A stretch of DNA of 50,800 nucleotides from an uncultured Verrucomicrobiae bacterium (GCA_963788655.1 CAWBHS010000014.1:1-50800), one strand, 5' to 3'. Numbered from the stretch's first letter, positions 20,389 through 32,566 are shown. Notes: generated by a model not told the origin, from the letters alone. Translations and numbers: made by a program.

Positions 20389-21141
20389 GTGGATAACATT
20401 CTTTCAACCGCACTTGGTCAAGACGCGACCCAATTGGCCGCGGCGGAAAAGCGCATGCTGCTCTCACGGTTGCTGGGACGGTTGGCGCACGAGATCCGCA
20501 ATCCGCTCAGTTCGATGGACATTCACTTCCAATTACTGGAGGAGGACTTGATGGAGCTGGAATCTCCGCTCAAAGAGAAAACTGCCAGCCGGTTGGAGAT
20601 CATCCGCAACGAAGTGCATCGGTTGGAAACCACGGTCAAACATTTCCTCAAACTGGCCGGCACCTCGAATCTCGAACTGGAGCCGACGGACTTGTCGGCG
20701 GTCTGCAAACATGTCTGCCGCTTGTTGCAGCCGGACGCGGCAATTCACGGAGTCGAGTTATCATTCCATCTCGAGGAGAATCTGCCGGTGTTCCTGGCCG
20801 ACCCCGGACAATTAACCCAGGCCCTGCTCAATGTCGTCATCAATGCCCTCCAAGCGGTGGGCGAACACGGAGGCATCGAGGTCCGCTGCCGTCACGCCCC
20901 GCCGGCCACGCTCCTGATCGAAGTGCAGGATTCCGGGCCCGGCGTACCGGCGGACCAGCAGCTCACCATCTTCGAACCGTATTATACGACCAAGCCTGAA
21001 GGCACGGGGCTGGGCTTGTGGATTGTGCAGCAAATCATCACGGCGCACGGCGGGGCGGTCCGGGTAAAGAACCGTTCCTCCGGAGGCGCGGTGTTCACCT
21101 TCGAATTGCCGTTGCGCGAACCGGCGACCAACCATGGATAA
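20389..21141 (+). CDS. Histidine kinase (HisKA plus HATPase) with no evident sensor domain
   Basis: H-box LAHEIRNPL, N-box QALLNVVINALQA, DSGPGVP, IFEPYYTTKPEGTGLGL. The start codon (GTG 20389) is uncertain. Confidence 0.9.
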   Translation: MDNILSTALGQDATQLAAAEKRMLLSRLLGRLAHEIRNPLSSMDIHFQLLEEDLMELESPLKEKTASRLEIIRNEVHRLETTVKHFLKLAGTSNLELEPTDLSAVCKHVCRLLQPDAAIHGVELSFHLEENLPVFLADPGQLTQALLNVVINALQAVGEHGGIEVRCRHAPPATLLIEVQDSGPGVPADQQLTIFEPYYTTKPEGTGLGLWIVQQIITAHGGAVRVKNRSSGGAVFTFELPLREPATNHG

Positions 21142-22513
21142 GTCGAGAATCAATATATTGGTCGTGGACGACGAGCCCGGCTTGTGCGCGGGGATTCAGG
21201 AGGCATTGCGGCGCGAAGGGTATGATGTCGCGGCGGCCAACAACGCGCTCACGGCGCTCAAGTTGATGGAGCATCATCTGTTCAACCTGGTCGTTTCCGA
21301 CATCAAAATGCCCAAGCTAAGCGGTCTTGAATTGCTCACTCAGGTCCGGCAAAAGAGCCACGACACGTTCTTCATTTTGATGACCGCTTACGGCAGCGTG
21401 GAAAGCGCCGTCGAAGCAATGAAGCAAGGCGCGTACGATTACCTGACCAAGCCCATCGACATGAAACGGCTGCGCGCCGTGGTGCAAAAGGCGCTCGAAT
21501 TTCAAGCCGTGGTCACCGAAAACCACGAGTTGCGTCTCCGGCTCCAAAATCCGGCGGAACCCAGCTTGTTGATCAGCCAAACCGAAACCATGCGCGCCAT
21601 TCATCGGTTGATCGAGGACGTGGCGCTCAGTGAAGTGACCGTGCTCATTGAAGGCGAGAGCGGCACCGGCAAGGAACTGGTGGCCCGCGAGATCCACTTC
21701 AAGAGCCCGCGTCACCAAGAGCCCTTTGTCATCGTGAATTGCGCCGCGTTGTCCGAGTCCCTGGTGGAGTCGGAATTGTTTGGCCACGTCAAAGGGGCGT
21801 TCACTGGGGCGATGCACCAAAAGCCGGGCCGTTTTCAAATGGCGGACGGCGGCACGTTGTTCCTGGACGAAATTGGCGACTTGCCGCCGAAAGGGCAGGG
21901 CGACTTATTGCGGGTGCTCGAGGAAGGTTGTTTGCGCATGGTTGGCGGGACGGAAGCGGTACAAGTCAATGTCCGCGTCATTGCGGCCACGAACAAGCAT
22001 CTGTCGCAAGCGGTCCAGGCGGGAGCCTTTCGCGAGGACTTGTTTTACCGTTTGCAAATCGTGCCCATCGTCATGCCGCCGTTGCGTGACCGGCCCGAGG
22101 ACATTCCGCTGTTGATCGAATCGTTCCTCCATCATTTTGCCGCCAAGCACAAACGGCATCGCAAGACGTTGTCCGGCGAGGCCCTGCAAGTCTGTCAGCG
22201 CTTTCCCTGGCCCGGCAATGTGCGACAAGTCCGTAATCTCATCGAACGGCTGGTCATCACTTGTCCGGGCAACACGATCGGTCGTGCTGACTTACCCGAT
22301 TTTCTGCGGACCACCGAAGGCGACGCGGCGGAGTTTACGGTGCGTCCCGGCATGTCGTTGGCCGAGGTGGAAAAGTTGTTGATCCGCAACACGCTGGCCC
22401 ACGTGAGCGCCAACCGGGAAACCGCCGCCAAGGCTTTGGGGATCAGCCGGCGCGCGTTGCAATACAAGCTCAAGGAATATGGATTGGGGCGAGCGGCGGG
22501 CAGCGAGAGTTAG
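21134..22513 (+). CDS. Sigma54-dependent response regulator (NtrC/AtoC family)
   Basis: Receiver domain (VVDDE, SDIKMP, YLTKP), AAA+ GESGTGKE, GAFTGA, LFLDEIG, FREDLFYRL, and a Fis-type HTH. Confidence 0.95.
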   Translation: MDKSRINILVVDDEPGLCAGIQEALRREGYDVAAANNALTALKLMEHHLFNLVVSDIKMPKLSGLELLTQVRQKSHDTFFILMTAYGSVESAVEAMKQGAYDYLTKPIDMKRLRAVVQKALEFQAVVTENHELRLRLQNPAEPSLLISQTETMRAIHRLIEDVALSEVTVLIEGESGTGKELVAREIHFKSPRHQEPFVIVNCAALSESLVESELFGHVKGAFTGAMHQKPGRFQMADGGTLFLDEIGDLPPKGQGDLLRVLEEGCLRMVGGTEAVQVNVRVIAATNKHLSQAVQAGAFREDLFYRLQIVPIVMPPLRDRPEDIPLLIESFLHHFAAKHKRHRKTLSGEALQVCQRFPWPGNVRQVRNLIERLVITCPGNTIGRADLPDFLRTTEGDAAEFTVRPGMSLAEVEKLLIRNTLAHVSANRETAAKALGISRRALQYKLKEYGLGRAAGSES

Positions 22514-22591
22514 CGGGCAAAATGGATTAGTGGTTTATAGGAGGACGACGGAGGAGGGTGGTGACTGCTTGCAGTGCGGGCGCCAATGGAC

Positions 22592-22655
22592 ATTCTCACC
22601 CCTCACCCTAACCCTCGCCCCTCAAAGCGTAGAGGGCCGGGTGAGGGGTGAGAAT
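22592..22655. repeat. Palindromic element between convergent genes (REP-like, possible bidirectional terminator or stabiliser)
   Basis: Perfect 17-bp inverted repeat ATTCTCACCCCTCACCC...GGGTGAGGGGTGAGAAT. Confidence 0.7.
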
Positions 22656-22700
22656 CACCCCAAACCATCCGGCCCTCAATCCGCAAACGTCGCAGCCTGA

Positions 22701-24138
<1,438 letters not shown>

Positions 24139-24144
<6 letters not shown>

Positions 24145-24158
24145 GCAGTGTTTGATAT
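24139..24158. promoter_or_regulatory. Candidate SahR-type operator overlapping the ahcY start
   Basis: Minus strand ATATCAAACACTGCATGAAT, a 20-bp imperfect palindrome resembling the ATATCA-N8-TGATAT SahR box. Confidence 0.5.
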
Positions 24159-24176
24159 CGAGTAAATGAAAGGGGG

Positions 24177-25366
24177 TTACTTCAGCGCGCGTTTGAGTGC
24201 AGCCACTTTGTCGGTGCGTTCCCAGGTGACTGTCCAGGTCATCGATTTTGCCGAAGTGACCGTAGTTGGTGGTCTTCCGGTAAATCGGCCGGAGCAGGTT
24301 GAGTTGTTTGACGATGTCGGCGGGCTTGAAACTGAACACCTTCCGCACGGCGGCCTCGATGGTCTTCGTCGGTCAGGCCGCCTTTCGCGGTGCCAAACGT
24401 GTTCACGCTGATCGACACCGGATGCGGATAGCCGATGGCGTAGGCGAACTGGATTTCGCGCTCGTGGCGAGACCCGGCCGCCACAATGTTCTTGGCCACG
24501 TAGCGGCCCATGTAGGCGGCGCTGCGGTCCACTTTCGAGGGATCCTTGCCGCTGAGAACGCGCCGCCGCCGTGCCGGCCCATGCCGCCGTAGGTGTCCAC
24601 GATGATTTTGCGGCCGGTCAATCCGGTGTCGCCCTGCGGTCCGCCGACGACGAACCGTCCGGTCGGGTTGATCAGGAATTGGGTCTGCTTGTCGAGCATG
24701 TTCGCCGGCAATACTTTCTTGATGACTTCCTCGATGATGAACTCGCGGATGGTCTTGTGTTTCGCTTTCGGCGGCGTGCTGCGTGGAAATGACCACGTTG
24801 GTGATGCGGGCCGGCTGGTCATCTACGTATTGAACGGACACCTGCGATTTGGCGTCCGGCCGCAGCCACTCCACTTTGCCGGTCTTGCGGATGTTGGTCA
24901 GTTCGCGGCCGAGGCGATGGGCGAACATGATCGGCGCGGGCATCAATTCCGGGGTTTCGTTGCAGGCGTAACCGAACATCAATCCCTGGTCGCCGGCACC
25001 TTGTTCGGCGGTGGCTTCTTGCCTTCGGCCTCGCGGGCGTCCACGCCCTGGGCGATGTCCGGGCTCTGCTGCGTGATGGCATTCATGATGAGCACCTTGT
25101 CCGCATGAAACACGTCGTCGTCGTTGACGTAGCCGATGTCGCGGATGGCCTTTCGCGCGATGGCGTTGTAATCCAGTTTGGCGCTTGGTGGTGATTTCGC
25201 CGCCCACGACCACCAGATTGCTCTTGGCGTAGGTTTCGCAAGCCACCCGGCTGGTCCTGTCCTGCTCCAGGCAGGCGTCCAGAACGGCGTCGGAAATCGT
25301 GTCGCAAACTTTGTCCGGGTGGCCTTCGCCGACGGACTCGGAAGAAAAGATGTAATTTTTGCTCAT
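24177..25366 (-). CDS. metK: S-adenosylmethionine synthetase (multiple frameshifts)
   Basis: [81 protein letters not shown] and [11 protein letters not shown]. Confidence 0.95.
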
Positions 25367-25412
25367 GTCCGTAATTCTCTATTCGACCGCATCGTCAAAA
25401 GTTCATATTGAC

Positions 25413-25432
25413 GTATCAGGATGCGAAGATAT
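25413..25432. promoter_or_regulatory. Candidate SahR-type operator in the metK promoter
   Basis: GTATCAGGATGCGAAGATAT (20-bp imperfect palindrome). It overlaps the -10 of a minus-strand TTGACG-16 nt-TATCTT promoter candidate. Confidence 0.5.
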
Positions 25433-25527
25433 AACAGTGGCCAGTGCCGTCAACTGCAAAATTTGCTTCTGCGTACATTTACTGAGTTTGGAGTTGCCGA
25501 ACTCAAAATCGGACTGCTGCAATTGAC

Positions 25528-25670
25528 GGGGAGCACAGGCGCCCCGCCTGTCGGTCGGTGCGCCTCGCACCGGTCGCCATTGGAAGGGCGCTTCCGATTC
25601 AGTGGCGGGCGGCGACTTGCGAGCCAACGGCGAGGCGCCGTTGACAGCGCCCGGGGCGGGCGCGCTCCCC
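25528..25670. repeat. REP-like inverted doublet, family C
   Basis: GGGGAGCACAGGCGCCCCGCC..GCGCCTCGC ... GCGAGGCGC..GGGGCGGGCGCGCTCCCC, with complementary ends. Confidence 0.6.
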
Positions 25671-25706
25671 GGCCAAGTGAATGGCGCCATTGATGATAAC
25701 AGATTT

Positions 25707-26636
25707 ATGTCCAACACATTAAAATCGCTACGCGCTCTGGCAGATCCAACCCGCTTGCGGATCATGGCGCTGCTCGAGCGCGACGAGCTTTCCGTCAACG
25801 AACTTCAGGAAATCACCCGCTTGGGCCAGTCGCGTGTTTCCACGCACCTGCGACAACTCCAGGAGGCCGACCTGCTGGAATTTCGCCGGGAAGGTAAGCG
25901 CAGTTACTACCGGTTCAACGCCCCAGCCGACGGGGCCGCCCGCGAATTCACGCAACTGGCCGTTCGGGGAGCAAAGGAAATGCCGGAATACACTGCGGAC
26001 CAGGTCAATTTGAAGCGCATTCTGGCGCGTCGGCTCGACCAGGCGCAGGTGTATTTCAACCAGGTGGCGGGCCGGTTCGATCGAGTGTATGGGCCGGGCC
26101 GTTCCTGGCAGGCCTTCGGGCAATTGCTCTTGCGGGTGCTGCCGCCGTTGGTCGTGGCGGACCTGGGGGCGGGCGAAGGTTTGTTGAGCGAGCTGCTGGC
26201 TCGGCGTTGCAAAAAAGTCATCGCCGTGGACAACTCGGAAAAAATTGTCGCCTTCGGCGCAGCCAAGGCCAAAAAGAACGGCATCAAAAACCTGGAATTC
26301 CGATTGGGCGATTTAATGGACCCGCCGGTTGACTCGGGCTCGGTTGATCTGGTGGTGCTCAGCCAGGCCCTGCACCATGCGGACGATCCGTCACAAGCCG
26401 TGACGGCTTCCTATCGCATCCTGCGGCCCAAGGGACGTTTGATCATCCTGGATTTGCTCAAGCACAAGTTCACCAAAGCGCACGAACTGTTTGGCGACCG
26501 GTGGTTGGGATTTGCCGAAAGCGATTTGCAGCGTTGGCTCGAAGTCGCCGGATTCAAACAGATCGAACTCAGCATTGTGGCCCGCGAGGAAGACGAACCG
26601 CACTTTGCCACGCTATTGGCGGCGGGTGAGAAATGA
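25707..26636 (+). CDS. sahR: ArsR-family regulator fused to a SAM-binding methyltransferase domain (SahR-like)
   Basis: ALADPTRLRI..ELSVNEL..QSRVSTHL HTH, then VADLGAGEG, AVDNSEK and SQALHH. Divergent from metK-ahcY. Confidence 0.8.
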   Translation: MSNTLKSLRALADPTRLRIMALLERDELSVNELQEITRLGQSRVSTHLRQLQEADLLEFRREGKRSYYRFNAPADGAAREFTQLAVRGAKEMPEYTADQVNLKRILARRLDQAQVYFNQVAGRFDRVYGPGRSWQAFGQLLLRVLPPLVVADLGAGEGLLSELLARRCKKVIAVDNSEKIVAFGAAKAKKNGIKNLEFRLGDLMDPPVDSGSVDLVVLSQALHHADDPSQAVTASYRILRPKGRLIILDLLKHKFTKAHELFGDRWLGFAESDLQRWLEVAGFKQIELSIVAREEDEPHFATLLAAGEK

Positions 26637-26889
26637 GCGATGGCGGTGGGGGAAGCGGTGCCGGAGAAGATGGTAAGTCTGCTTGCTGCGAGCTTCAGAC
26701 ATAACTCGGTCCCATTGAACTGCTGAAGCCTCCGAGGCTTTCGGCCGGCTGGTATCCGCAGCGTGCCAAACGTCGAGGCGCGCCTCACGAAACTGCGATG
26801 CCAAAAAAATCACAGCGGTCGTTTTGCCGCCGGCCTTCCGCCTGGGTTCTGGACTTGGAAAAGATTTCGCGCTGGTCAATGATCCCGCC

Positions 26890-28050
26890 ATGAAGACGAC
26901 CATGACGCCCCGTGAACGCGTGTTGACCGCTCTGAACCACCAGCCCCCGGATCGGGTGCCGATTGACCTCGGCGGCAATCAGACCGGCATCCACAAGCTG
27001 GCCTATCAGAAGTTGCTCGACCGGTTCGGCTTTCAGGAAGAGATCACCATCATGGACCTGGTGCAGCAACTCGCCAAACCGTCCGAGGCGGTGCTGCAAC
27101 GGTTGAACGTGGATACGCGTTACGTCTGGGCCCAAGGGGCCGCCAGCTTCAAGGGCGGTGTGGTGCGAAGTCAACGCGACGGGCGCACCTGGCATGATTT
27201 CACCGACGAATTTGGCATTACTTGGTCCATGCCGGAGGATGCGCCGCTGTATCACGACATCTCCCATTCGCCGCTGGCCGGGTTGTCGCTTCAAGCGATC
27301 AAGGATTACCCGTTTCCCAGAGGAGACGACCCAACTCGCTTCGAGGGACTGCGCGAACGCATCCTCACCCTCAAACGCGAGACACCTTATGCCGTGGTCA
27401 GCGGCATTTCCGGCGTGGTTTATGAATTTTGCTGGTATCTCCGCGGACTGGAAAACCTGTTCACCGATATGATTGAGCGCCCGGAAGTGGTAGAAACGAT
27501 CATCGACCGCACGCTCCAGTTCTGGTTGGACTGGTTCCGTCTGTTTCTTGATGAAGCCGGTGACGTGGTGGACATCATCATGATTGGCGATGACCTGTCC
27601 GGCCAGGCCGGGCCGCTGTTCTCGCCCAAAATTTATCGGGCCATCGTCAAGCCGCGTCAGAAGCGCCTCGTGCAATACATCAAGTCCCGGACCAAAGCGA
27701 AGCTCTGGTATCACTCGTGCGGGGCGATAACCGAATACATTCCCGACCTGCTGGACAACGGCATTGACATTCTAAACCCGGTGCAGATTTCCGCCAAAGG
27801 AATGGACCCGGCCAAGTTGAAGTCCCAATTCGGCGACCGGTTGGTGTTCTGGGGCGGAGGCGTGGACACGCAGCATGTGCTGCCCAGCGGCACCCCCGCC
27901 GAGGTGCGCGAAAACGTGCGGCACAATCTTGCGGCGTTCAAACCGGGTGGCGGCTACGTGTTCAACGGCGTCCACAACATCCAAGCCGACGTGCCGCCCG
28001 AGAACGTGCTGGCGATGTATGACGCGGCGCTGGAGTTCGGGGGCTATTGA
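26890..28050 (+). CDS. Uroporphyrinogen decarboxylase/cobamide methyltransferase (URO-D/MtaA) family protein
   Basis: MTPRERVLTALNHQPPDRVPIDLGG, IGDDL, YHSCG, LNPVQ, FWGGGVDTQ and GGGYVF..HNIQADVPPENV. Confidence 0.85.
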   Translation: MKTTMTPRERVLTALNHQPPDRVPIDLGGNQTGIHKLAYQKLLDRFGFQEEITIMDLVQQLAKPSEAVLQRLNVDTRYVWAQGAASFKGGVVRSQRDGRTWHDFTDEFGITWSMPEDAPLYHDISHSPLAGLSLQAIKDYPFPRGDDPTRFEGLRERILTLKRETPYAVVSGISGVVYEFCWYLRGLENLFTDMIERPEVVETIIDRTLQFWLDWFRLFLDEAGDVVDIIMIGDDLSGQAGPLFSPKIYRAIVKPRQKRLVQYIKSRTKAKLWYHSCGAITEYIPDLLDNGIDILNPVQISAKGMDPAKLKSQFGDRLVFWGGGVDTQHVLPSGTPAEVRENVRHNLAAFKPGGGYVFNGVHNIQADVPPENVLAMYDAALEFGGY

Positions 28051-28563
28051 GGCTCCCAGTCTCAGCCTACCATGAGCGGGTTTCGCGCCGCGGCGGAATT
28101 GTCACCCAGGTGAAACTGCGAGCAAAACGTGCTTTGCCGAAATAGCGCGACCGCAGGCGACGTTAGTAGGCTCCATCTTCTCTCGATTAAACATCAACTC
28201 AACCTTCAACCAGCAAATCAGAGTCGTGTCATCCCAATCCTCATCGGGCGCGGCAGCCGGCCGGCTGAAGAGCACGGTATTTGTTTCCGCGGGATGAGGA
28301 TCAGGCCGCCGCGTGCCAAAAGTAACTGTTACCCGGGAAGGGCTTAGCCTGTCGCCGCACCAAAAGGTCTCCTGGGTTGCTCGCTTGTTTTTCAGTGTCG
28401 TGGATAGCGGATGCATAGGAATCAATTTCAAGACAATTACGCAAACCTGCGGAGAGGGGCAGGCCAAGCTTTTGGCTGCCTGCGCCAGGACTCAACCTAC
28501 GCCAGCGGCAGTTGGGTGAAATGTCCGGCGCCTTTGAAAATTCGGAATCGGCGGGCGCATGTC

Positions 28564-29219
28564 CTACTTGTTCCGGTCGTCCGCCAAGGCCAGAGCCCGA
28601 CCGCCGGGGATTCGACCGAGATGAAACTGGAGAAAGCCCTGCAAAAACTGGCGGATCTCCACAGAACTGAGGCTGACTAAGCTGCAGACTCGAAAGCGCC
28701 GGCCAATCAACCACCGTTAAACCGCTTCAACACTTGACGAGTTCCGGGATTGAGCCGCGAAGTCGTCAAGTCTGGCGCCAAACCCAAGTCCGCCAGCAGT
28801 TTCATCTCGAATGCGAACACGGTCTTGGCTTCCGTGGGTTGCCTGCTGACGTGATCAATCAGACCGGCAAACAACTGGTACAATCCGGGCAACGGTGTTT
28901 CGGTCTCGGTCGTTTGTTCGATGAGGGCCGCGCAGTAAGCCGCTTGCCGCAGCCGCCCCAAATCTTGACGCAGGGCCGGATGGGTTTCGCACAAGCTGAC
29001 TTCGCGCAAGACGTGCAACTCCGAGCGGCGACTCCGCGCGAAGCTGAACTCCGCCGCGTAGAACACATCCAGCTTACCGCGTAACGGCGACTTCGGCCGC
29101 CGGGCACCTTTGGCCACCGTAGCGACCCGGCCTGCTTTGATGGTCAGCCATTGCACAATCAGGCTGGTTTCAGTCAAGGGTCGGGTCCGCAAGATCAGGC
29201 CGGTGGCGCGTTCGTCCAT
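28564..29219 (-). CDS. recO: DNA repair protein RecO (two frameshifts near 28720 and 28660)
   Basis: GLILRTRPLTETSLIV..VAKGARRPKS..LDVFY..FEMKLL. Shifted frames continue VDWPAL.. and EIRQFLQGFLQFHLGRIP..* (stop 28564). Confidence 0.88.
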
Positions 29220-29372
29220 GGCGGTTCCTTAGACAAGGCTCTTCAGCCGGATGGCCGACCGTGGTTGCCGCCAGGCGTAGCTCAGATTCTCAATGTGCTG
29301 GCTCGCAGATTTGCCGTCCACTGGGCGTTGGCCAATTTCAGACCCCGCTGAAACATTGCTCGCCCGTTTGCC

Positions 29373-29480
29373 AACGAAAGCGGGAGCAAGCTCCGCGCAC
29401 TCCAAACGCTGGCGCGTCGTTTGAACGGGAGTCGGAAATCGCGAAGCGCTTGGAGTGCGTCCGGCTTGCCGGCGCTTTCG
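29373..29480. repeat. REP-like palindromic element, family A, second copy
   Basis: GCGGGAGCAAGCTCCGCGCACTCCAAACGCTGGCGCG...CGCGAAGCGCTTGGAGTGCGTCCGGCTTGCCGGCGCT, inverted relative to 1408-1510. Confidence 0.8.
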
Positions 29481-29552
29481 CAAGCCAGGTGGGGTGGCTT
29501 CCGTGTGCAGAGGCGTGTCAGTTGCAGTGTCCACGGTGCGTGCCAGAGTCGC

Positions 29553-30266
29553 CTACTTCCCACCCTGCGCAGTAGCCGGTGGCGGATCGGGCAACGTGAC
29601 GAATTTGGCCGCCGGCTCCAATTCCGGACGGTATTCCGGCGACACGGAACCAAGGCTGATGATGAAACGGATGCCTTCGGCCACGGACATTTTCAAGCGA
29701 GTGACCTCCCCCTCGGGCACCAGGATCAGGAAACCAGTCGTCGGATTAGGCGTGGTGGGGACGAACACACTCACGACCTTCTCGCGCGTGCGGGCTTGGA
29801 CTTCTTCGTGTTGCTCGCCGGTGAGGAAGCCCACCGAGTAGTGGCCGGCCCGTGGGAATTGCACCAGCACCACTTGTTTGAACGCCGATTTTTTCGAGGA
29901 AGAAAACGCATCATTCACCTGCTTGATCGTGCTGTAAATTTTGTTCAGCAGCGGAATCCGCATCAGCCCCAGTTCGAAGAAGGCGATGATTTTCTTGCCA
30001 ATATAAAACCGGGCCAGCGATCCGATCAGAGTAACCAGCAGAATCGCCAGGCAGAACGCCACCACGCTCCAATACAAATAGATTGGGCCGGCGCCGTTTT
30101 GGGAATGGGTCCAGGCCTTGGGTAGGAAAAACAGCAGGATGTCGGTGAAGTTCGCCACCGTGCCGAACGACCAGACGACAATGGCAATGGACAGCACCGC
30201 CGGCAAAATCACCGCCAGCCCGGCGAAGAAATTCCGCTGCCACTGCGCCAGTACGTTCACTTTCAT
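29553..30266 (-). CDS. DUF502 (COG2928) membrane protein
   Basis: FFAGLAVILP, RIPLLNKIYSTIKQ, VLVQFPR and VFVPTTPNPTTGFL. Confidence 0.88.
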   Translation of the reverse strand: MKVNVLAQWQRNFFAGLAVILPAVLSIAIVVWSFGTVANFTDILLFFLPKAWTHSQNGAGPIYLYWSVVAFCLAILLVTLIGSLARFYIGKKIIAFFELGLMRIPLLNKIYSTIKQVNDAFSSSKKSAFKQVVLVQFPRAGHYSVGFLTGEQHEEVQARTREKVVSVFVPTTPNPTTGFLILVPEGEVTRLKMSVAEGIRFIISLGSVSPEYRPELEPAAKFVTLPDPPPATAQGGK

Positions 30267-30754
30267 TGCCGCACCGTAGCGGTGCTTTGCAGAGTGCTCA
30301 AGGGAAAGCACTGCGACACTTTTCGCAGACGGCGATTCTCTTCGCGTTTCATGTGCCGTCGGTCGTCCGGATGGTGGTCGTCAAATCCCCGCAAGTGCAG
30401 CAGGCCATGGATGACATATCGCGCGAGTTCCTTTGGCCAGGACGTTCGAAACCGGCGGGCCTGCCTGACGGCTTCATCCAGACACACAAAAATATCACCG
30501 AACAACACCACGTTGGAGGCAGGTTCCGTTTCCTCGCGGTAGTCAAACGTGATCACGTCGGTCGCACCGGCGTGTCGCAGGTATTGCTCATTGAGCCGGG
30601 TCATCTCCGGATCCGCCACCAAATGAACGCCGAGCTCGTACGACTGGCCGTCGGCAACGTCTTCGACGAGCAGGATTTTGATCAGTTGCCGCAACCGGCG
30701 CAAATCAACCGGGCAGGTCCGTTGGCGGTTGCGCAGGGCCAGGTGGGAGTTCAT
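30263..30754 (-). CDS. ybeY: rRNA maturation endoribonuclease YbeY
   Basis: LNEQYL..TDVITF, GDIFVC and the [13 protein letters not shown] zinc motif. Confidence 0.93.
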   Translation of the reverse strand: MNSHLALRNRQRTCPVDLRRLRQLIKILLVEDVADGQSYELGVHLVADPEMTRLNEQYLRHAGATDVITFDYREETEPASNVVLFGDIFVCLDEAVRQARRFRTSWPKELARYVIHGLLHLRGFDDHHPDDRRHMKREENRRLRKVSQCFPLSTLQSTATVRQ

Positions 30755-31711
30755 TCCTTTTTGCCGCGATGCTCTTCGTAGGCCGCAATGATGCGTTGGA
30801 CCAGCGGATGGCGCACCACGTCCCGGCGAGTGAACTCGACAATGGCCACGCCTTCGGTCTGCTGCAGGGCATGCCGCGCTTCCACCAGACCGGAGTGTTT
30901 GTGCGCCGGCAAATCCACCTGGGTAATGTCGCCGGTAATGACCGCCTTGGAGTTGAAACCAAGCCGGGTCAAAAACATGAACATTTGCTCCATGGTCGAA
31001 TTCTGCGCTTCATCGAGAATGATGAACGCATGATTCAAGGTGCGTCCCCGCATGTAAGCCAGGGGCGCGACTTCCACGGTGCCACGTTCCATGTGCCGCT
31101 GAACCTCTTCGGGAGGCAGCATGTCGTGCAAGGCGTCGTGGAGCGGCCGCAAATAGGGCGCGATCTTCTCATACAAATCACCGGGCAAAAATCCCAACGC
31201 CTCGCCGGCTTCGACGGCCGGACGGGTCAGGATGATGCGTCCCACCGTCTCACTGCGCAACGCCGACACCGCCATGGCCATGGCCAGATACGTTTTGCCC
31301 GTGCCGGCCGGACCAATTCCAAAGGTGACATCGTGCTGGCGAATGGCCTCGACGTATTTCTTTTGGCCCAGGGTTTTGGGCGTGACGTTGGCTTTCTTGG
31401 GGGACGTTCTGAATGCGTTCGGTCAAAAGACCGTGCAAGACTTCCGCGCCTTCATGTTGGACCACGTTCAAGGCATAATTGAAATCACGCGTGCGGACGG
31501 GAGTCCCGCTCTTGAGCGAGGCCTCGAGCGACTGGAACATTTGCTTGGCTTGCTGCAACGCCTCGACCGGACCTTCGAGCCGAATCCAGCCTTCGCGCGA
31601 GGTGACCTTGAGGCCCAACGTTTCCTCCAACGCCCGCAAGTTCTGCGTGTCGTTGTTGAAAAGCTGTTGGGCAAACCGGGCGTTCTCGTAATGAAGCGTT
31701 TCGGTGGGCAT
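30751..31711 (-). CDS. phoH: PhoH-like ATPase (frameshift near 31410)
   Basis: [50 protein letters not shown] and DVVRHPLV. Adjacent to ybeY. Confidence 0.92.
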
Positions 31712-31734
31712 TTAATCCTCCCAGACGGCGGCGA

Positions 31735-32241
31735 TCATGATTGAACCGTTGCGCCTTCGGACAAAGCTGTGCGCAACCGCTGGGCGACCTCGGCCAGTGC
31801 ATCGGGCAACACCCGGGTATCGCTCAACACGGGCATGAAATTGGTGTCGCCGTTCCAACGCGGAACGATGTGAATGTGCAAATGCTCGGTGATGCCCGCG
31901 CCGGCGCAGCGCCCCAGGTTCATGCCCACATTGAAGCCGTCGGGGTTCATGGTCTGACGCAACGCGTTCATGCAACGGCGGGTCAGTTTCATGAGCTCGG
32001 CCATTTCCTCCTCCGTGAGGTCGTTCAGATCAGCGGTCTGTTTATAGGGGATCACCATCAAATGGCCGCCGTTGTACGGGAACGTGTTCAACATGGCGTA
32101 GCACGTCCGGTCCCGCGCGATGACATGATTGACTACATCCTCATTCGACTGGGCCAGGCGCGTAAACAGCGAGTCCCCGCTGGGCGGCGGTTTGGGCGCC
32201 AGGATGTATTCAATGCGCCACGGCGCGTGCAGTATTTCCAT
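31735..32241 (-). CDS. HIT-family hydrolase (Ap4A phosphorylase-like)
   Basis: LHAPWRIEYI, NTFPYNGGHLMV and GFNVGMNLG..HLHIHIVPRWNGD. Confidence 0.92.
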   Translation of the reverse strand: MEILHAPWRIEYILAPKPPPSGDSLFTRLAQSNEDVVNHVIARDRTCYAMLNTFPYNGGHLMVIPYKQTADLNDLTEEEMAELMKLTRRCMNALRQTMNPDGFNVGMNLGRCAGAGITEHLHIHIVPRWNGDTNFMPVLSDTRVLPDALAEVAQRLRTALSEGATVQS

Positions 32242-32376
32242 GGAGACAGGGTAAGAACAAACCGCGACGCTTGTCAAAGCGCATTGGCCTTCGAAAACGT
32301 TGCGGCGCCTCGGCAGGGCGCCGCAAATGTGCCTGGCTCAGAGAATCGCGTCTCTGAACCAAGTCGTGACTATTCA

Positions 32377-32509
32377 GTAGAACAGGCGTCCTGCCGGTTT
32401 CGAACGACTGCCAACCACCGATTTGCCCCGCGTCGCAGGAGGTCTCTCCAGGTCACCAACAGGGGAGGATGGGCTTGGCGATTCGAGACCGGCGAGACGC
32501 CCGTCCTAC
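32377..32509. repeat. GTAG-type REP-like inverted doublet, family D
   Basis: GTAGAACAGGCGTCCTGCCGGT ... ACCGGCGAGACGCCCGTCCTAC. Confidence 0.65.
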
Positions 32510-32566
32510 CGCGCCGTTACTCCCAGACAACCGTAAACCAACGGCTTGGCAGCGTGCGCTACTCCT

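Noticed and set aside
25367..25706. SAM or SAH riboswitch upstream of metK/ahcY
   Set aside because: I could not recognise the consensus elements. The predicted metK leader is short and the GC-rich hairpin here is a REP-like doublet. An Rfam scan would settle it.
28102..28467. Hypothetical gene on the minus strand between the URO-D gene and recO
   Set aside because: No recognisable motif or clear start signal. It cannot be supported without a homology search.
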